Shown: positions 41,377-50,459 of the stretch, one piece after another
Layout of the letters: each line of letters starts with the position of its first letter
Numbering within the stretch: position 1 is the stretch's first letter
NCBI GenBank assembly: GCA_963803705.1
Contig: CAWDNU010000004.1
Span: forward strand, 1-64,000
DNA from: an uncultured Pseudobdellovibrionaceae bacterium
GTDB lineage: Bacteria > Bdellovibrionota > Bdellovibrionia > Bdellovibrionales > UBA1609
Reading direction: 5' to 3'
Length of the DNA stretch: 64,000 nucleotides
Translations under genes and position numbers: made by a program
Notes under the pieces: generated by a model
The model's database searches: none
Told to the model about the DNA's origin: nothing
The model's input: the letters and a program-made list of their open reading frames with translations, nothing else

Positions 41377-42531
41377 CTAATTAGAAGAATTTTCTAATAT
41401 TTTAGTATCGATATCACCAATCTCTTTGAGCGCCGCAGACTTGTCTAAATTTAACTCGGTTTTTCTATTATTTAACTGTGAAATAAGTCTTTCATTTAAC
41501 GAATCTTGATCCCGGGTAGACGTCCGAGCTAAAGTGATTTGGGTATCTAAAGTCAGCAAATCTAGATCTAGCTGGGCGATAATATCTTTTAGTGCAACTT
41601 TTTGTCTATCTAAAGTCCTTAGTTCCTCTGCACGAAAAAAACTATCTGAATTTTGCTCTAAACCTAAGTCCTCTAGATCAAAATCTTCTTCAGCAGTCAT
41701 ATTTGAAGAAGCACCTTCTGGATTCACACAGATTTGTGGTTCTAGAGCGCAGTTTGCACCAATTAACTTTTCTAAGGTAATTACTCGTGCGCTGAGGGCG
41801 TTAATTCTTTGTTCGCTTAAAACCAAGTTTTCTGAAAGCTCTACTCGTTTAGCTACATCAGCGTCTGAATCTATGCCTTCAAGTCTGACTAGATCCATTT
41901 GTATATCATCATTACTTTTCTGGGCTTCAACGATCTGCTCGTTTAAAAAAGTTTTTTCTGCTTTAAAAATTTCGAATCGGTCCAGCACTTCATCTTTTAG
42001 TACTTTAAGTCTGTCGTTAGACTTGTATTCAGACATTTGGCCGACAACTTCAGTAAACTTCTGCATAAGTTCTATCTCTTTTTCTTCTTTACCTGCTTCA
42101 TGCTCTAAAAGAACTGCTTCACTGTCAGCTAGTTCTGAAGCGTTCCTAGACTTTTCTTCTTCTAATCTTTCAATATTAGTAAAACTAACGTCAGCATTGT
42201 TAATAGCTTTAGAATTTGCAGCAACGCTATGTTTTAAATCTAATATATCAGCCTGCAATCTTAGGATGTTTTGGTGTCTTTCAGATATATCAACCTCAAT
42301 GCTTTCTAGCTCTCTTACGCTATTTTCTAAAGCGTCAAATTGTTCAATGGAAGGCTCAGTCAAAAGTCTTACAGTTTGGCCACTATTTAATGAACCTGTT
42401 CCAAAATCAGCGGCGTTAAAGCCATCTGTTTCTTTACAAGCTATTAAGCCTGTAAAAGCCAGTAAGCTGATAACATAGCGAAGTGAGTTAGATATGTGGA
42501 ATAACGATAATTTCATGGCTAGAGCCTCCAT
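41377..42531 (-). CDS. coiled-coil putative lipoprotein
   Basis: Lipobox-like LIAC after a hydrophobic stretch; E/L-rich heptads. Confidence 0.7.
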   Translation of the reverse strand: MEALAMKLSLFHISNSLRYVISLLAFTGLIACKETDGFNAADFGTGSLNSGQTVRLLTEPSIEQFDALENSVRELESIEVDISERHQNILRLQADILDLKHSVAANSKAINNADVSFTNIERLEEEKSRNASELADSEAVLLEHEAGKEEKEIELMQKFTEVVGQMSEYKSNDRLKVLKDEVLDRFEIFKAEKTFLNEQIVEAQKSNDDIQMDLVRLEGIDSDADVAKRVELSENLVLSEQRINALSARVITLEKLIGANCALEPQICVNPEGASSNMTAEEDFDLEDLGLEQNSDSFFRAEELRTLDRQKVALKDIIAQLDLDLLTLDTQITLARTSTRDQDSLNERLISQLNNRKTELNLDKSAALKEIGDIDTKILENSSN

Positions 42532-42788
42532 AGCTTATAAGGCAATAACCAGACCAATCAAATGATACCGTCAAACGGTAGAAAGGCTTTACATTCGAGT
42601 TGATCTTAATTAAAACTGTCGCAGTAGCGTTCAGGGGCGCTTTTGTCCGTTTGAGTGCCAAAATATGGCTCTCTACAATACGTGTACCGTTGTTTGTAGA
42701 AGATTAAATGGTGTGTGTGAAATTGGTTTTGTGATAGAAAAACTTATACCTTGTAATTTAATGACTTGAAAAACTAAAGTTATCAAAA

Positions 42789-43646
42789 TCAGAAGTCTTC
42801 GACAAACCATTGTTGGTTTTCAAAATCAAAATACCAATTTTTTTCTTTTATTATGTTAAATCCAATAAGCGCCATAACCTCTGGACCCATAAATTTTTGA
42901 ATGGGCTTAAAGTCCACGGCCATAAGATATGGCGCAACTATAACTACTTCGTTGATATACGTGTTGGAAATACATCTCTCACTTTTTAAAGAGTTTCCAG
43001 TACCATCGGTAATACCACTGTCTGCTTTGCTAACAATGTAAAATGAGTCTGGGTAGCTTACGAGAAGGTCCCTCGAAATTAAGCTTGCTGCTGATCCAGA
43101 ATCAATAAAACTGTCTACCGCAGACCCTGTTCTACTAAACCGCACTGGAATGATAATATGTCCAAAGCTATCTACTGTAAAATCCCAGAGACCTTTGTTA
43201 TCGTTTGGCACATAGTTAAATGTAATAGAATTTTTATTATTATCCCAAAAAATTTTCTGGTTTTTGAAAACATCGAGACCAATAAGTGTGTTTTTTGGCG
43301 CGTATTGATAACAATAAATAGGATTTATCAATTGGGAAGTATAAGTCTTTCCAAGCTTAAGTTTTAAATTAGCTAGAATATCACATTCATAAGCAGCGCC
43401 GGATGCTGTGCTGTAACTAACTGTTCCTATTATAGAAGGACTTTGCAATTGATTAAAAGATTCTAAAGATAAACTTGTTAAGTTTAGTCCCAAATCGATC
43501 TTGCACGCAAGATTGTTCTGGCAAGAGGTCAAAAATTCGCCAGTAGAGAACATAGAATTAGTTTTTCGTAATTCTATTGATGAGCCTAAAGCTTGGTTGT
43601 GAAAAACTAAGACAAACAGCACATAAAAAAAATTTAGTTTGGACAT
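42789..43646 (-). CDS. secreted retropepsin-like aspartic protease (two-lobed)
   Basis: Signal peptide; FIDSGSA catalytic-type motif plus degenerate IDLG; LIGLD and LIGFN motifs. Confidence 0.65.
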   Translation of the reverse strand: MSKLNFFYVLFVLVFHNQALGSSIELRKTNSMFSTGEFLTSCQNNLACKIDLGLNLTSLSLESFNQLQSPSIIGTVSYSTASGAAYECDILANLKLKLGKTYTSQLINPIYCYQYAPKNTLIGLDVFKNQKIFWDNNKNSITFNYVPNDNKGLWDFTVDSFGHIIIPVRFSRTGSAVDSFIDSGSAASLISRDLLVSYPDSFYIVSKADSGITDGTGNSLKSERCISNTYINEVVIVAPYLMAVDFKPIQKFMGPEVMALIGFNIIKEKNWYFDFENQQWFVEDF

Positions 43647-43785
43647 TTGAGGCTCTCAAAATTCATAAGAGTGTCTTTGCAATAATTATTCTTAATATTT
43701 TATATTCTATAGTTCGCACAGCGTCTTGAACATGAACCAAAAATGTCACTTTAATTAAAAGAAGACAATTATTGTCGTTTCACAA

Positions 43786-44811
43786 TCAGGTGTTTAGTAA
43801 TGGTGTGGCTTTCTTTGCAATAGACTCTGCAGAGTAGAACTTTTCATTTAAACAAGGCACTCTAACAAACTCTACGCCACCGTGTTTTAAAAAATCTTTC
43901 TTTAGCTCAATATCTAATTCCTCTAGAGTCTCTAGACAGTCCGTTACGAAGGCCAATGAAAACACTAAAAGCTTTTTAACTTTCTGGGTTTTTGCCATTT
44001 CAGTCGTGACGATATCAGTGTATGGCTTAATCCAGGCCTGAGGCCCTAGTCGACTTTGAAACGACATGGACCATTTTTCATCTTGAAGCTTAAGCTTTTT
44101 AGCTACAAGCTTAGCCGTCTGGTAGCACTGGGCTCTGTAGCACTTTTTGTTACTTTCATTGATTTTGTTGCAGCAACTACCAAACTCACAAGTCGGGCTT
44201 ATTTTTTTCAAATGACTTTCCGGTAAACCATGAAATGAAAATAACACGTGATCAAATTTTTCGGGTTCAATAACTTTAGGAATTTCCATAATGATATTAT
44301 CAATAAATTCAGGCTCTTTGTAAAAATCTGGGATTAAAAAAAGCTTTGGCTTCCAGTCCATGACTTTAAGTTTTTCTTGTATGTAGGTGATCGTAGATTC
44401 AGTAGATGAAGACGCGTACTGCGGATAAGCTGGAAAAATGACAACTTCTTTGAAACCCTGGTTTTTGATTTCTGCCAAAACATCGATCACTTCTGGCTCG
44501 GAATATCTCATGGCATAAAACCAAGTGTGGTCAGAATCAGTCAAATTTAGGTTTTGAATCAGCTGGTCGGTAATAGCCACTAAGGGCGAGCCTTTTTTTG
44601 TCCATATTTTTTTATAAGCTTCAGCCGAGCGGGGTGATCTTCTAGGAATTACAAACTTTTTCATTAGCAGCCATCTTATGATATACGGCGCTGTAACAAC
44701 AAACGGATCCATTAAGAACCGATTTAAGTAGCTTTGTACATCTTTAACTTCAGTGGTTTTCGGAGAACCAATATTTAGTAATAAAACTGCTTTCTTTTTA
44801 TTTTCTGGCAT
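43786..44811 (-). CDS. hemH: ferrochelatase
   Basis: LLNIGSP, FSFHGLP, FQSRLG and DCLETLEE motifs. Confidence 0.97.
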   Translation of the reverse strand: MPENKKKAVLLLNIGSPKTTEVKDVQSYLNRFLMDPFVVTAPYIIRWLLMKKFVIPRRSPRSAEAYKKIWTKKGSPLVAITDQLIQNLNLTDSDHTWFYAMRYSEPEVIDVLAEIKNQGFKEVVIFPAYPQYASSSTESTITYIQEKLKVMDWKPKLFLIPDFYKEPEFIDNIIMEIPKVIEPEKFDHVLFSFHGLPESHLKKISPTCEFGSCCNKINESNKKCYRAQCYQTAKLVAKKLKLQDEKWSMSFQSRLGPQAWIKPYTDIVTTEMAKTQKVKKLLVFSLAFVTDCLETLEELDIELKKDFLKHGGVEFVRVPCLNEKFYSAESIAKKATPLLNT

Positions 44812-44822
44812 TAACTACATCC

Positions 44823-45998
44823 TTAAGATTTTTTAGATAAATAAACAGCTTTTTCTAAAATTTTGTTTAGACCAATATCACCTGTGTAGTTTGAAAGCTT
44901 AATCAGCTTATGTGAATTAAGGTTAGTTTCAACTTTAAAGTTATTCTGTAAAAGGCTTTCAAGTTCCAAGCTATAGCTGGGTATACCCTTCGACCAGTGA
45001 GTGACTTTCGAATATATTGGTTTACTGTAAATTCCAAACTTTTCATTTCTGAAATCAACAACTTTTTTTAAAGTGGATTCGTCTGATATAAAAGATTCTG
45101 ATACAATCCAGGTTTCACTAAAGGTGTTATGAGCAGATCTTCCTTCAAAAATATCAGAGTTAAATAAAACACCTAGTACTGAATTAGAGCCAGCAAATAG
45201 ACATCCAAAACCTTCAAACCGAGGTCGGTTTTCTTTTTCAAAAAACAAAGTAACCGAACTTACACTTATGTATTTGACAGCGGAACAGTCGGGTCTGGTA
45301 TCTACTATAATTGAGGCGTCTATGGATTTTGATTTCTCATTTGAATTTGAATTTAAAATTGAATTTAAGTTAAGTCTAAATGATTTATTTGATTCTAATG
45401 AAAGCAGGCCCTTGGTGAAAAATTCGGACATACCGTTTTTGGGTGCAAAAGACCCTTTAGTCTTAATTTTATTTTGTTGAAATAAAGATTTTAAACATAA
45501 GCTTGCCGATAGATTTTCGGGTCCTTGCGCATAAACTCCCTGAAGTGCTGGACCTAAAAGCTTGTTCACAAAAAAAGAATTACCAAAATTCCTTAATCCC
45601 CACTCAGAGACAGTCTCCATGGGCTTAGGTCTCAAACTTTGATTTGATCTAGCAAGCTTAACTAGTGGCACTAGACTTTTTGCTGTTTCAGAAAATGTTA
45701 AAGGCCAGCGCCTGGGCTTATCAGTGTACACCCACTTTTTACGAGCGACCTTCTTTCGTTCTGCCCACTTAATGCCAAAAGATGTCGCCATTTCTTGCAC
45801 CGATTCAGATAGCAGTACTGCGTTGGCAGCTTGCTCGATAATTCCATAATCTGATTTTTTAGTCTGTAATAGGCCGCCCACCTGGCTATCCTTTTCAAAG
45901 ACCTCAACCTCGAAACCAGCCTGTAGATAAGCCCAAGCTGCACTTAAACCGCTAAAGCCAAATCCTAAAATTGCAACTTTGCTATTTTTTTTAGTCAA
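44823..45998 (-). CDS. hemY: FAD-dependent protoporphyrinogen oxidase (HemY type)
   Basis: GFGFSGL Rossmann motif; GVYA and GFGCL; located between hemN and hemH. Confidence 0.82.
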   Translation of the reverse strand: MTKKNSKVAILGFGFSGLSAAWAYLQAGFEVEVFEKDSQVGGLLQTKKSDYGIIEQAANAVLLSESVQEMATSFGIKWAERKKVARKKWVYTDKPRRWPLTFSETAKSLVPLVKLARSNQSLRPKPMETVSEWGLRNFGNSFFVNKLLGPALQGVYAQGPENLSASLCLKSLFQQNKIKTKGSFAPKNGMSEFFTKGLLSLESNKSFRLNLNSILNSNSNEKSKSIDASIIVDTRPDCSAVKYISVSSVTLFFEKENRPRFEGFGCLFAGSNSVLGVLFNSDIFEGRSAHNTFSETWIVSESFISDESTLKKVVDFRNEKFGIYSKPIYSKVTHWSKGIPSYSLELESLLQNNFKVETNLNSHKLIKLSNYTGDIGLNKILEKAVYLSKKS

Positions 45999-46076
45999 TT
46001 GTAAGAACTCCTTTCTGTAACCGCCCTAACCCTCCTTGGGTAAGTGCCTGAAATCAAAAATTTGGCTGCCGTGATT

Positions 46077-46278
46077 GGTTTTGTCTTTGGCTTAAATCTT
46101 TTAAATTCTCTAAATACTTTGTGGCTAAAAAACGAGTTCTTTGGCATGCAGGCTTGTAGCTCAATTCTATCGAATTTTAGTGTAAATTTTTGCAAGCCAA
46201 ATCCCAATGTATGTCTGAGCTTTTTTAGCCACGAAGTATTTAGAGAATTTAAAAAGATTCAGGCTAAAGACGAAAACC
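46077..46278. repeat. giant intergenic palindrome 4: imperfect arms (46077-46132, 46221-46278) around an 88-bp core
   Basis: Arms are complementary with about 4 substitutions and 2 indels; core is CGAGTTCTTTGGCATG...TGTATGTCTGAGC. Confidence 0.93.
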
Positions 46279-46285
46279 GCACTCA

Positions 46286-47629
46286 TCATAAACTCTTAGA
46301 GAAAACCTGTTGGCTAGGCTTGTTTGCTCTTAAGCGTTCATCTAAAGACATGCAAATATTTCTTAAAAAAGGCTGACCCTTAGGCGTGACAATAATTTTT
46401 TGATCTTTCACCTCTGCTAAACCATCAGAGATAAGTTCACCAAGAAAACCTTTTACTTCAACCTCATGGTCTTTGCTATCAAGTTCGGTTTGCCACATTG
46501 TCATAAGCTGTAAGATTTGTTCTCTTCTAAGCTTATCTTGCGCGGTCAGCTTGTGTCCCCTAAGAGTAGCTATTTCGCCATTTTCTATAAAGCGCTGGTA
46601 GACCTGATATTTCTTTTCATTTTGATGAAAGCAATCTGGAGTTTCAGAGATAGAACTGACTCCTAAACCTAAAAGGATATCGGACCTGTGGTGGGTGTAG
46701 CCCATAAAATTTCGATGCAGTTTTTTTTCTTGTAGGGCTTTATACAACGAATCTGTTTCAAGGGCAAAATGATCCATTCCAATTTCTTTATAGCCACCAT
46801 TCAACAGTATATTTCTGGCAACTTCGTAAAGTTCTCTTTTTTCAAGACCCATTGGAAGGTCCTCATCTTTATAAAGTCTGTGAGTGGGCTTGATCCAAGG
46901 CACCAAAGCAAACGAATACAAAGCGATTCGATCGGGTCGGTGCTCTAAGGTTTTTTCAGCTAAGACTTTCGTAGTTTCTTTTGTCTGCTTGGGCAGTCCA
47001 TAAATTAAATCGTAGTTAACCGAAGTGTAACCAATTTCTCGTGCTTTTTTTGTCAGGGCTAAAGTCATAGCCTCTGGCTGAATTCGATTTACAAGTCTTT
47101 GAACTTCAGGATCAAAGTCCTGAACTCCCATGCTGACCCTTCTAAACCCTATGTCGTAAAGTGCACTTAGTTGGTCAGCGGTCGTCCTGCGCGGATCAAC
47201 TTCGATGGAGGCTTCGAAAGATTTAGATTTTTTTATATTTTTAAATAATGAAGTCATCAGAAAAACTAAGTGGTCAGCACTTAAAAAAGTTGGAGTGCCC
47301 CCACCTAAATGAACCTCATTTAATTCTTTTTCTTTTATATAAGGCATCCTGTCTAAATATATCTGCCACTCGCTAAGCATATGTTTAACATATGGATGCT
47401 CTCTTTTGTGATCTTTAGTGATAATAGTGTTGCAACCGCAAAATGTACAAAGGGTCTCACAAAAAGGAATGTGAAGATACATAGACCATTTGGTGTCCTG
47501 TTTCGAGAAGTGTTTTTCTAAGGACTTAAGCCAATCCTCAGATGATGGGTTATCTTCCCAATAAGGCACAGTGGGGTAACTCGTATACCTGGGGACTTGC
47601 ACATCATATTTACTTAAAAGCTCAATCAC
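46286..47629 (-). CDS. hemN: oxygen-independent coproporphyrinogen III oxidase
   Basis: PRYTSYP, HIPFCETLCTFCGC, GGGTPT and HRNFMGY motifs. Confidence 0.96.
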   Translation of the reverse strand: MIELLSKYDVQVPRYTSYPTVPYWEDNPSSEDWLKSLEKHFSKQDTKWSMYLHIPFCETLCTFCGCNTIITKDHKREHPYVKHMLSEWQIYLDRMPYIKEKELNEVHLGGGTPTFLSADHLVFLMTSLFKNIKKSKSFEASIEVDPRRTTADQLSALYDIGFRRVSMGVQDFDPEVQRLVNRIQPEAMTLALTKKAREIGYTSVNYDLIYGLPKQTKETTKVLAEKTLEHRPDRIALYSFALVPWIKPTHRLYKDEDLPMGLEKRELYEVARNILLNGGYKEIGMDHFALETDSLYKALQEKKLHRNFMGYTHHRSDILLGLGVSSISETPDCFHQNEKKYQVYQRFIENGEIATLRGHKLTAQDKLRREQILQLMTMWQTELDSKDHEVEVKGFLGELISDGLAEVKDQKIIVTPKGQPFLRNICMSLDERLRANKPSQQVFSKSL

Positions 47630-48645
47630 GATAAAACCTCTCTGACTGTTTGTACGAAATATTTCACATTTTTTTCTGGGGTTTCAGGTAAGACTCCATG
47701 GCCAAGGCCGCAAACCCAACCTGCACGCTGCTGAATATTAAGATCTTTATAGATTTTTAAATATTGATCTAAAGTTTTTTTAAAATCTTCGTGGTCTTGA
47801 AATAAAAATAATTGATCAAAATTTCCTTGAATAAAACCAGATTTTTTATTTGTCTTCAAATATGCCGGCAAATCCCACCGGTGGTCAAATCCAAGGCCTG
47901 CCCACGAACAGCTTTTAAACTCTTCACTATAGTGAGCTTCTGTTGTTCCTTTAGAATAATAACCTAATTTATTTGGAAACGCTTTTGAAAGTTGCACAAG
48001 TTTAGGTTGAATCAAATTTCTAAATACATATGGACTGATCTCTCCGACAGCAGTGTCAAATAGCATCACGACTTCTACTCCGCCTGAAAGCTGTAGCTTA
48101 ATATTTTCCATAAGAAGCGGCATCAAAATTTCACAAAAAGGATCAAACAATTGTAGAGACTTTTTTGTCTGCTTTAGACCATCTTTGTGACTACCTTCGA
48201 CGGCGTAACTGAATAGGGTCCACGGACCTCCAACAAAGCCTACTAAACTTTTATCTTTGGGTAATGCTGACCTAGTTGCAACTACAGCATCTTTCTGAAA
48301 TTTAAGGCCTTCAATTGCTTCATCCACTAGCTTCAAGTTTTTCAAATTTTTTTCACTTAAATGCCAACCTAAAACTGGGCCTGGTTTGTAGTCTAGGCCC
48401 ATTCCCATAGCTTCCAGTGGAAAAAGCAAATCTGAAAATAAAATTGAAACGTCAAAATCAAAATCTTCTATAGGACCCAAAGCCACTTCACATGCAAGTT
48501 CGGGCTGTTTACATAACTCCATAAATGAATACTTTGATCTTAGATTTTGATAATGAGCATGGTAACGACCTGCTTGTCTCATAAACCAAATGGGTGGGCA
48601 ATTCTGAGCCTTATTGTGTAAAGCATTTTGAAATTTTGTATTCAT
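47626..48645 (-). CDS. hemE: uroporphyrinogen decarboxylase
   Basis: WFMRQAGRY, FSDLL and GLGHG motifs. Confidence 0.97.
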   Translation of the reverse strand: MNTKFQNALHNKAQNCPPIWFMRQAGRYHAHYQNLRSKYSFMELCKQPELACEVALGPIEDFDFDVSILFSDLLFPLEAMGMGLDYKPGPVLGWHLSEKNLKNLKLVDEAIEGLKFQKDAVVATRSALPKDKSLVGFVGGPWTLFSYAVEGSHKDGLKQTKKSLQLFDPFCEILMPLLMENIKLQLSGGVEVVMLFDTAVGEISPYVFRNLIQPKLVQLSKAFPNKLGYYSKGTTEAHYSEEFKSCSWAGLGFDHRWDLPAYLKTNKKSGFIQGNFDQLFLFQDHEDFKKTLDQYLKIYKDLNIQQRAGWVCGLGHGVLPETPEKNVKYFVQTVREVLS

Positions 48646-48656
48646 TTTTGATCCCC

Positions 48657-48891
48657 TTATTTTAGATCTTTATTATTTTAACCAATAGCTCTTTCGATTC
48701 AATTTACAAAGACCTTGAAAATCTCAGACAAGCATTGTCATTCACCTTGCTTCCAGCCAAAGTAAGATTGGTGAAGAGTTGAAAAAGGCAGGTTTCGGCT
48801 GTGCAAGACTTCATGCCAAAGAACTCGTTTTCAAGGTCTTTGTAAATTGAATCGAAAGAGCTATTGGTTAAAATAAAAATATCTAAAATAA
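48657..48891. repeat. giant intergenic palindrome 5: about 65-bp arms (48657-48721, 48828-48891; inner 49 bp perfect) around a 106-bp core
   Basis: Core on the minus strand is CGAGTTCTTTGGCATGAAG...TGCTTGTCTGAGA; the outer arm end contains TTA TTT TAG of the response regulator. Confidence 0.95.
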
Positions 48892-49560
48892 CCATTGATA
48901 CCCCAATCCCCTAACTGACTTCAGGTTGGTCTGATGCTCTTTTAAAGACTGTCTTAACCGAACGATACTATTATCAACAGTTCTCTCGCTAGGGTAATCG
49001 TTGATACCCCAAACTGCATTTAATATTTCGTCGCGAGAGACAACTTGCGGGGATTTCTGCATTAGTAGCTTTAAGATTAGCATGTCCTTTGTCTGGGGAA
49101 AAACTATCTCACCATCAAACCACTTAAAAGTCATTGACTCAAAATTGATGGTTAAGTTTTGAACCTCGTAAATCGAATTTTTAGAATGATTTTCTAGAAC
49201 ATGATTCATTCTAAGCTCTAACTCTTTATACAAAAATGGTTTGGGAATGTACTCTTCAGCACCTAGTTCGTAACCTTTCAACCTATCTTCAGGATTTCCC
49301 ATTGCAGTTAAAAATATTACGGGTTGCTTAAAGTTGTTTTCAGTCAGCCACTCAGAAAAATCAAATCCAGTTCCATCAGGCAAACCAACGTCTAGGATAA
49401 AAAGATCTACTTTAGCTAAACCTTCAAAATTTTTGGCCTCTTTCAAATTTTGAAACCAGTGAGTTCTAAATCCTGACTCTTCAAATTTTGGCACAAGGGA
49501 TCCCCCTAAGTCTAGATTATCCTCTAGTAAAAAAACACAGGATGAATTTGCCGCACTCAC
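48883..49560 (-). CDS. OmpR/PhoB-family response regulator
   Basis: LLED, LDVGLPD, KPF and winged-helix RTVDNSIVRLR...VRGLGY. Confidence 0.95.
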   Translation of the reverse strand: MSAANSSCVFLLEDNLDLGGSLVPKFEESGFRTHWFQNLKEAKNFEGLAKVDLFILDVGLPDGTGFDFSEWLTENNFKQPVIFLTAMGNPEDRLKGYELGAEEYIPKPFLYKELELRMNHVLENHSKNSIYEVQNLTINFESMTFKWFDGEIVFPQTKDMLILKLLMQKSPQVVSRDEILNAVWGINDYPSERTVDNSIVRLRQSLKEHQTNLKSVRGLGYQWLF

Positions 49561-50459
49561 GTCAATTCTCCTGTCTGGATCTCTAACCTAGCTGCTAAAG
49601 TTTTACCTGAAACAAAAAATGAAAGGTCTCCGTTCATCTTTTTCATCAGACTTTTAGATATAAATAAGCCAAGTCCCGACCCACGGTATAAGCCCCTGTA
49701 GTAGTGGCTGTTACCTAGTTTAGAAATATCGCCATCAAAGGTAAGACCATCGCTACATATATCTATATAAGCTTTATTCTTTACCGTTTGGGATTCAGCG
49801 ACTTCCACGCTAATCTCAGACGCTTTTGCGTGCTGTATCGCATTTTGAAACAAGTTCATTAAAACACTTGTTAGAAAAACCTTGTCCGCTCGAATCACTA
49901 CGTCTTTATTAATTGTCACTTCAAGCTCGGGCCACATTCGTTTCACGGAAGAGATGACCTCTGAAAGGCTAAACACAGAGTAAACTCCAAATGTCCTGTC
50001 ATCTTGTGACAGTAGTAGTGCATTTTCTAGCTTTAGTCCAAGGGCCTGACTTTCAGAGAACATTTTTTTATGTTCTTGGGGTGTGATAGATCGGTTAACT
50101 TGAATTAAGTTTTCTAGTGAAAGCCTATGAGTAGCAATGGTTGTCTTTAAATCATGAGTAAAGGCGGCAAAAAAAGATTCTCTTTCCTTTAAAAGTTTTG
50201 ACTCTTTTAAAAAGTAATAAATTAAAGCGCCCCCACCAAGAATAACAAGTGATAAAAAAACCAAACCTTCTTGAATAAGCATTTTCTGGTATCTTAAAAT
50301 GTTATTGGAATTTTCCCACCGAGTTTTCGATAAGGAGTCATATTGTAAATAGCTAAAGTAGACCCACCAGGCACCCAAGGCTGTAGTGAAAACAAACCAC
50401 AACAAAGCCAATACAGCTTTTTTATTGTGAGCCCATGAAAGTGAAAATACAAAACTCAT
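49557..50459 (-). CDS. sensor histidine kinase
   Basis: Two TM helices, H-box THDLKT, N-box NLFQNA and G2 GSGLGL. Confidence 0.93.
   Translation of the reverse strand: MSFVFSLSWAHNKKAVLALLWFVFTTALGAWWVYFSYLQYDSLSKTRWENSNNILRYQKMLIQEGLVFLSLVILGGGALIYYFLKESKLLKERESFFAAFTHDLKTTIATHRLSLENLIQVNRSITPQEHKKMFSESQALGLKLENALLLSQDDRTFGVYSVFSLSEVISSVKRMWPELEVTINKDVVIRADKVFLTSVLMNLFQNAIQHAKASEISVEVAESQTVKNKAYIDICSDGLTFDGDISKLGNSHYYRGLYRGSGLGLFISKSLMKKMNGDLSFFVSGKTLAARLEIQTGELT

Noticed and set aside
41534..42478. 314-aa plus-strand ORF
   Set aside because: Ser/Phe-rich antisense shadow of the coiled-coil lipoprotein gene
45995..46376. Short ORFs over palindromes and repeats (also 11682-11870, 38875-39238, 48704-48895)
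   Set aside because: They run through repeat DNA and overlap real genes, with no recognisable motifs
11795..48891. Palindromes as integron attC sites
   Set aside because: They lie between housekeeping genes, no RYYYAAC/GTTRRRY ends were recognised, and there is no integrase
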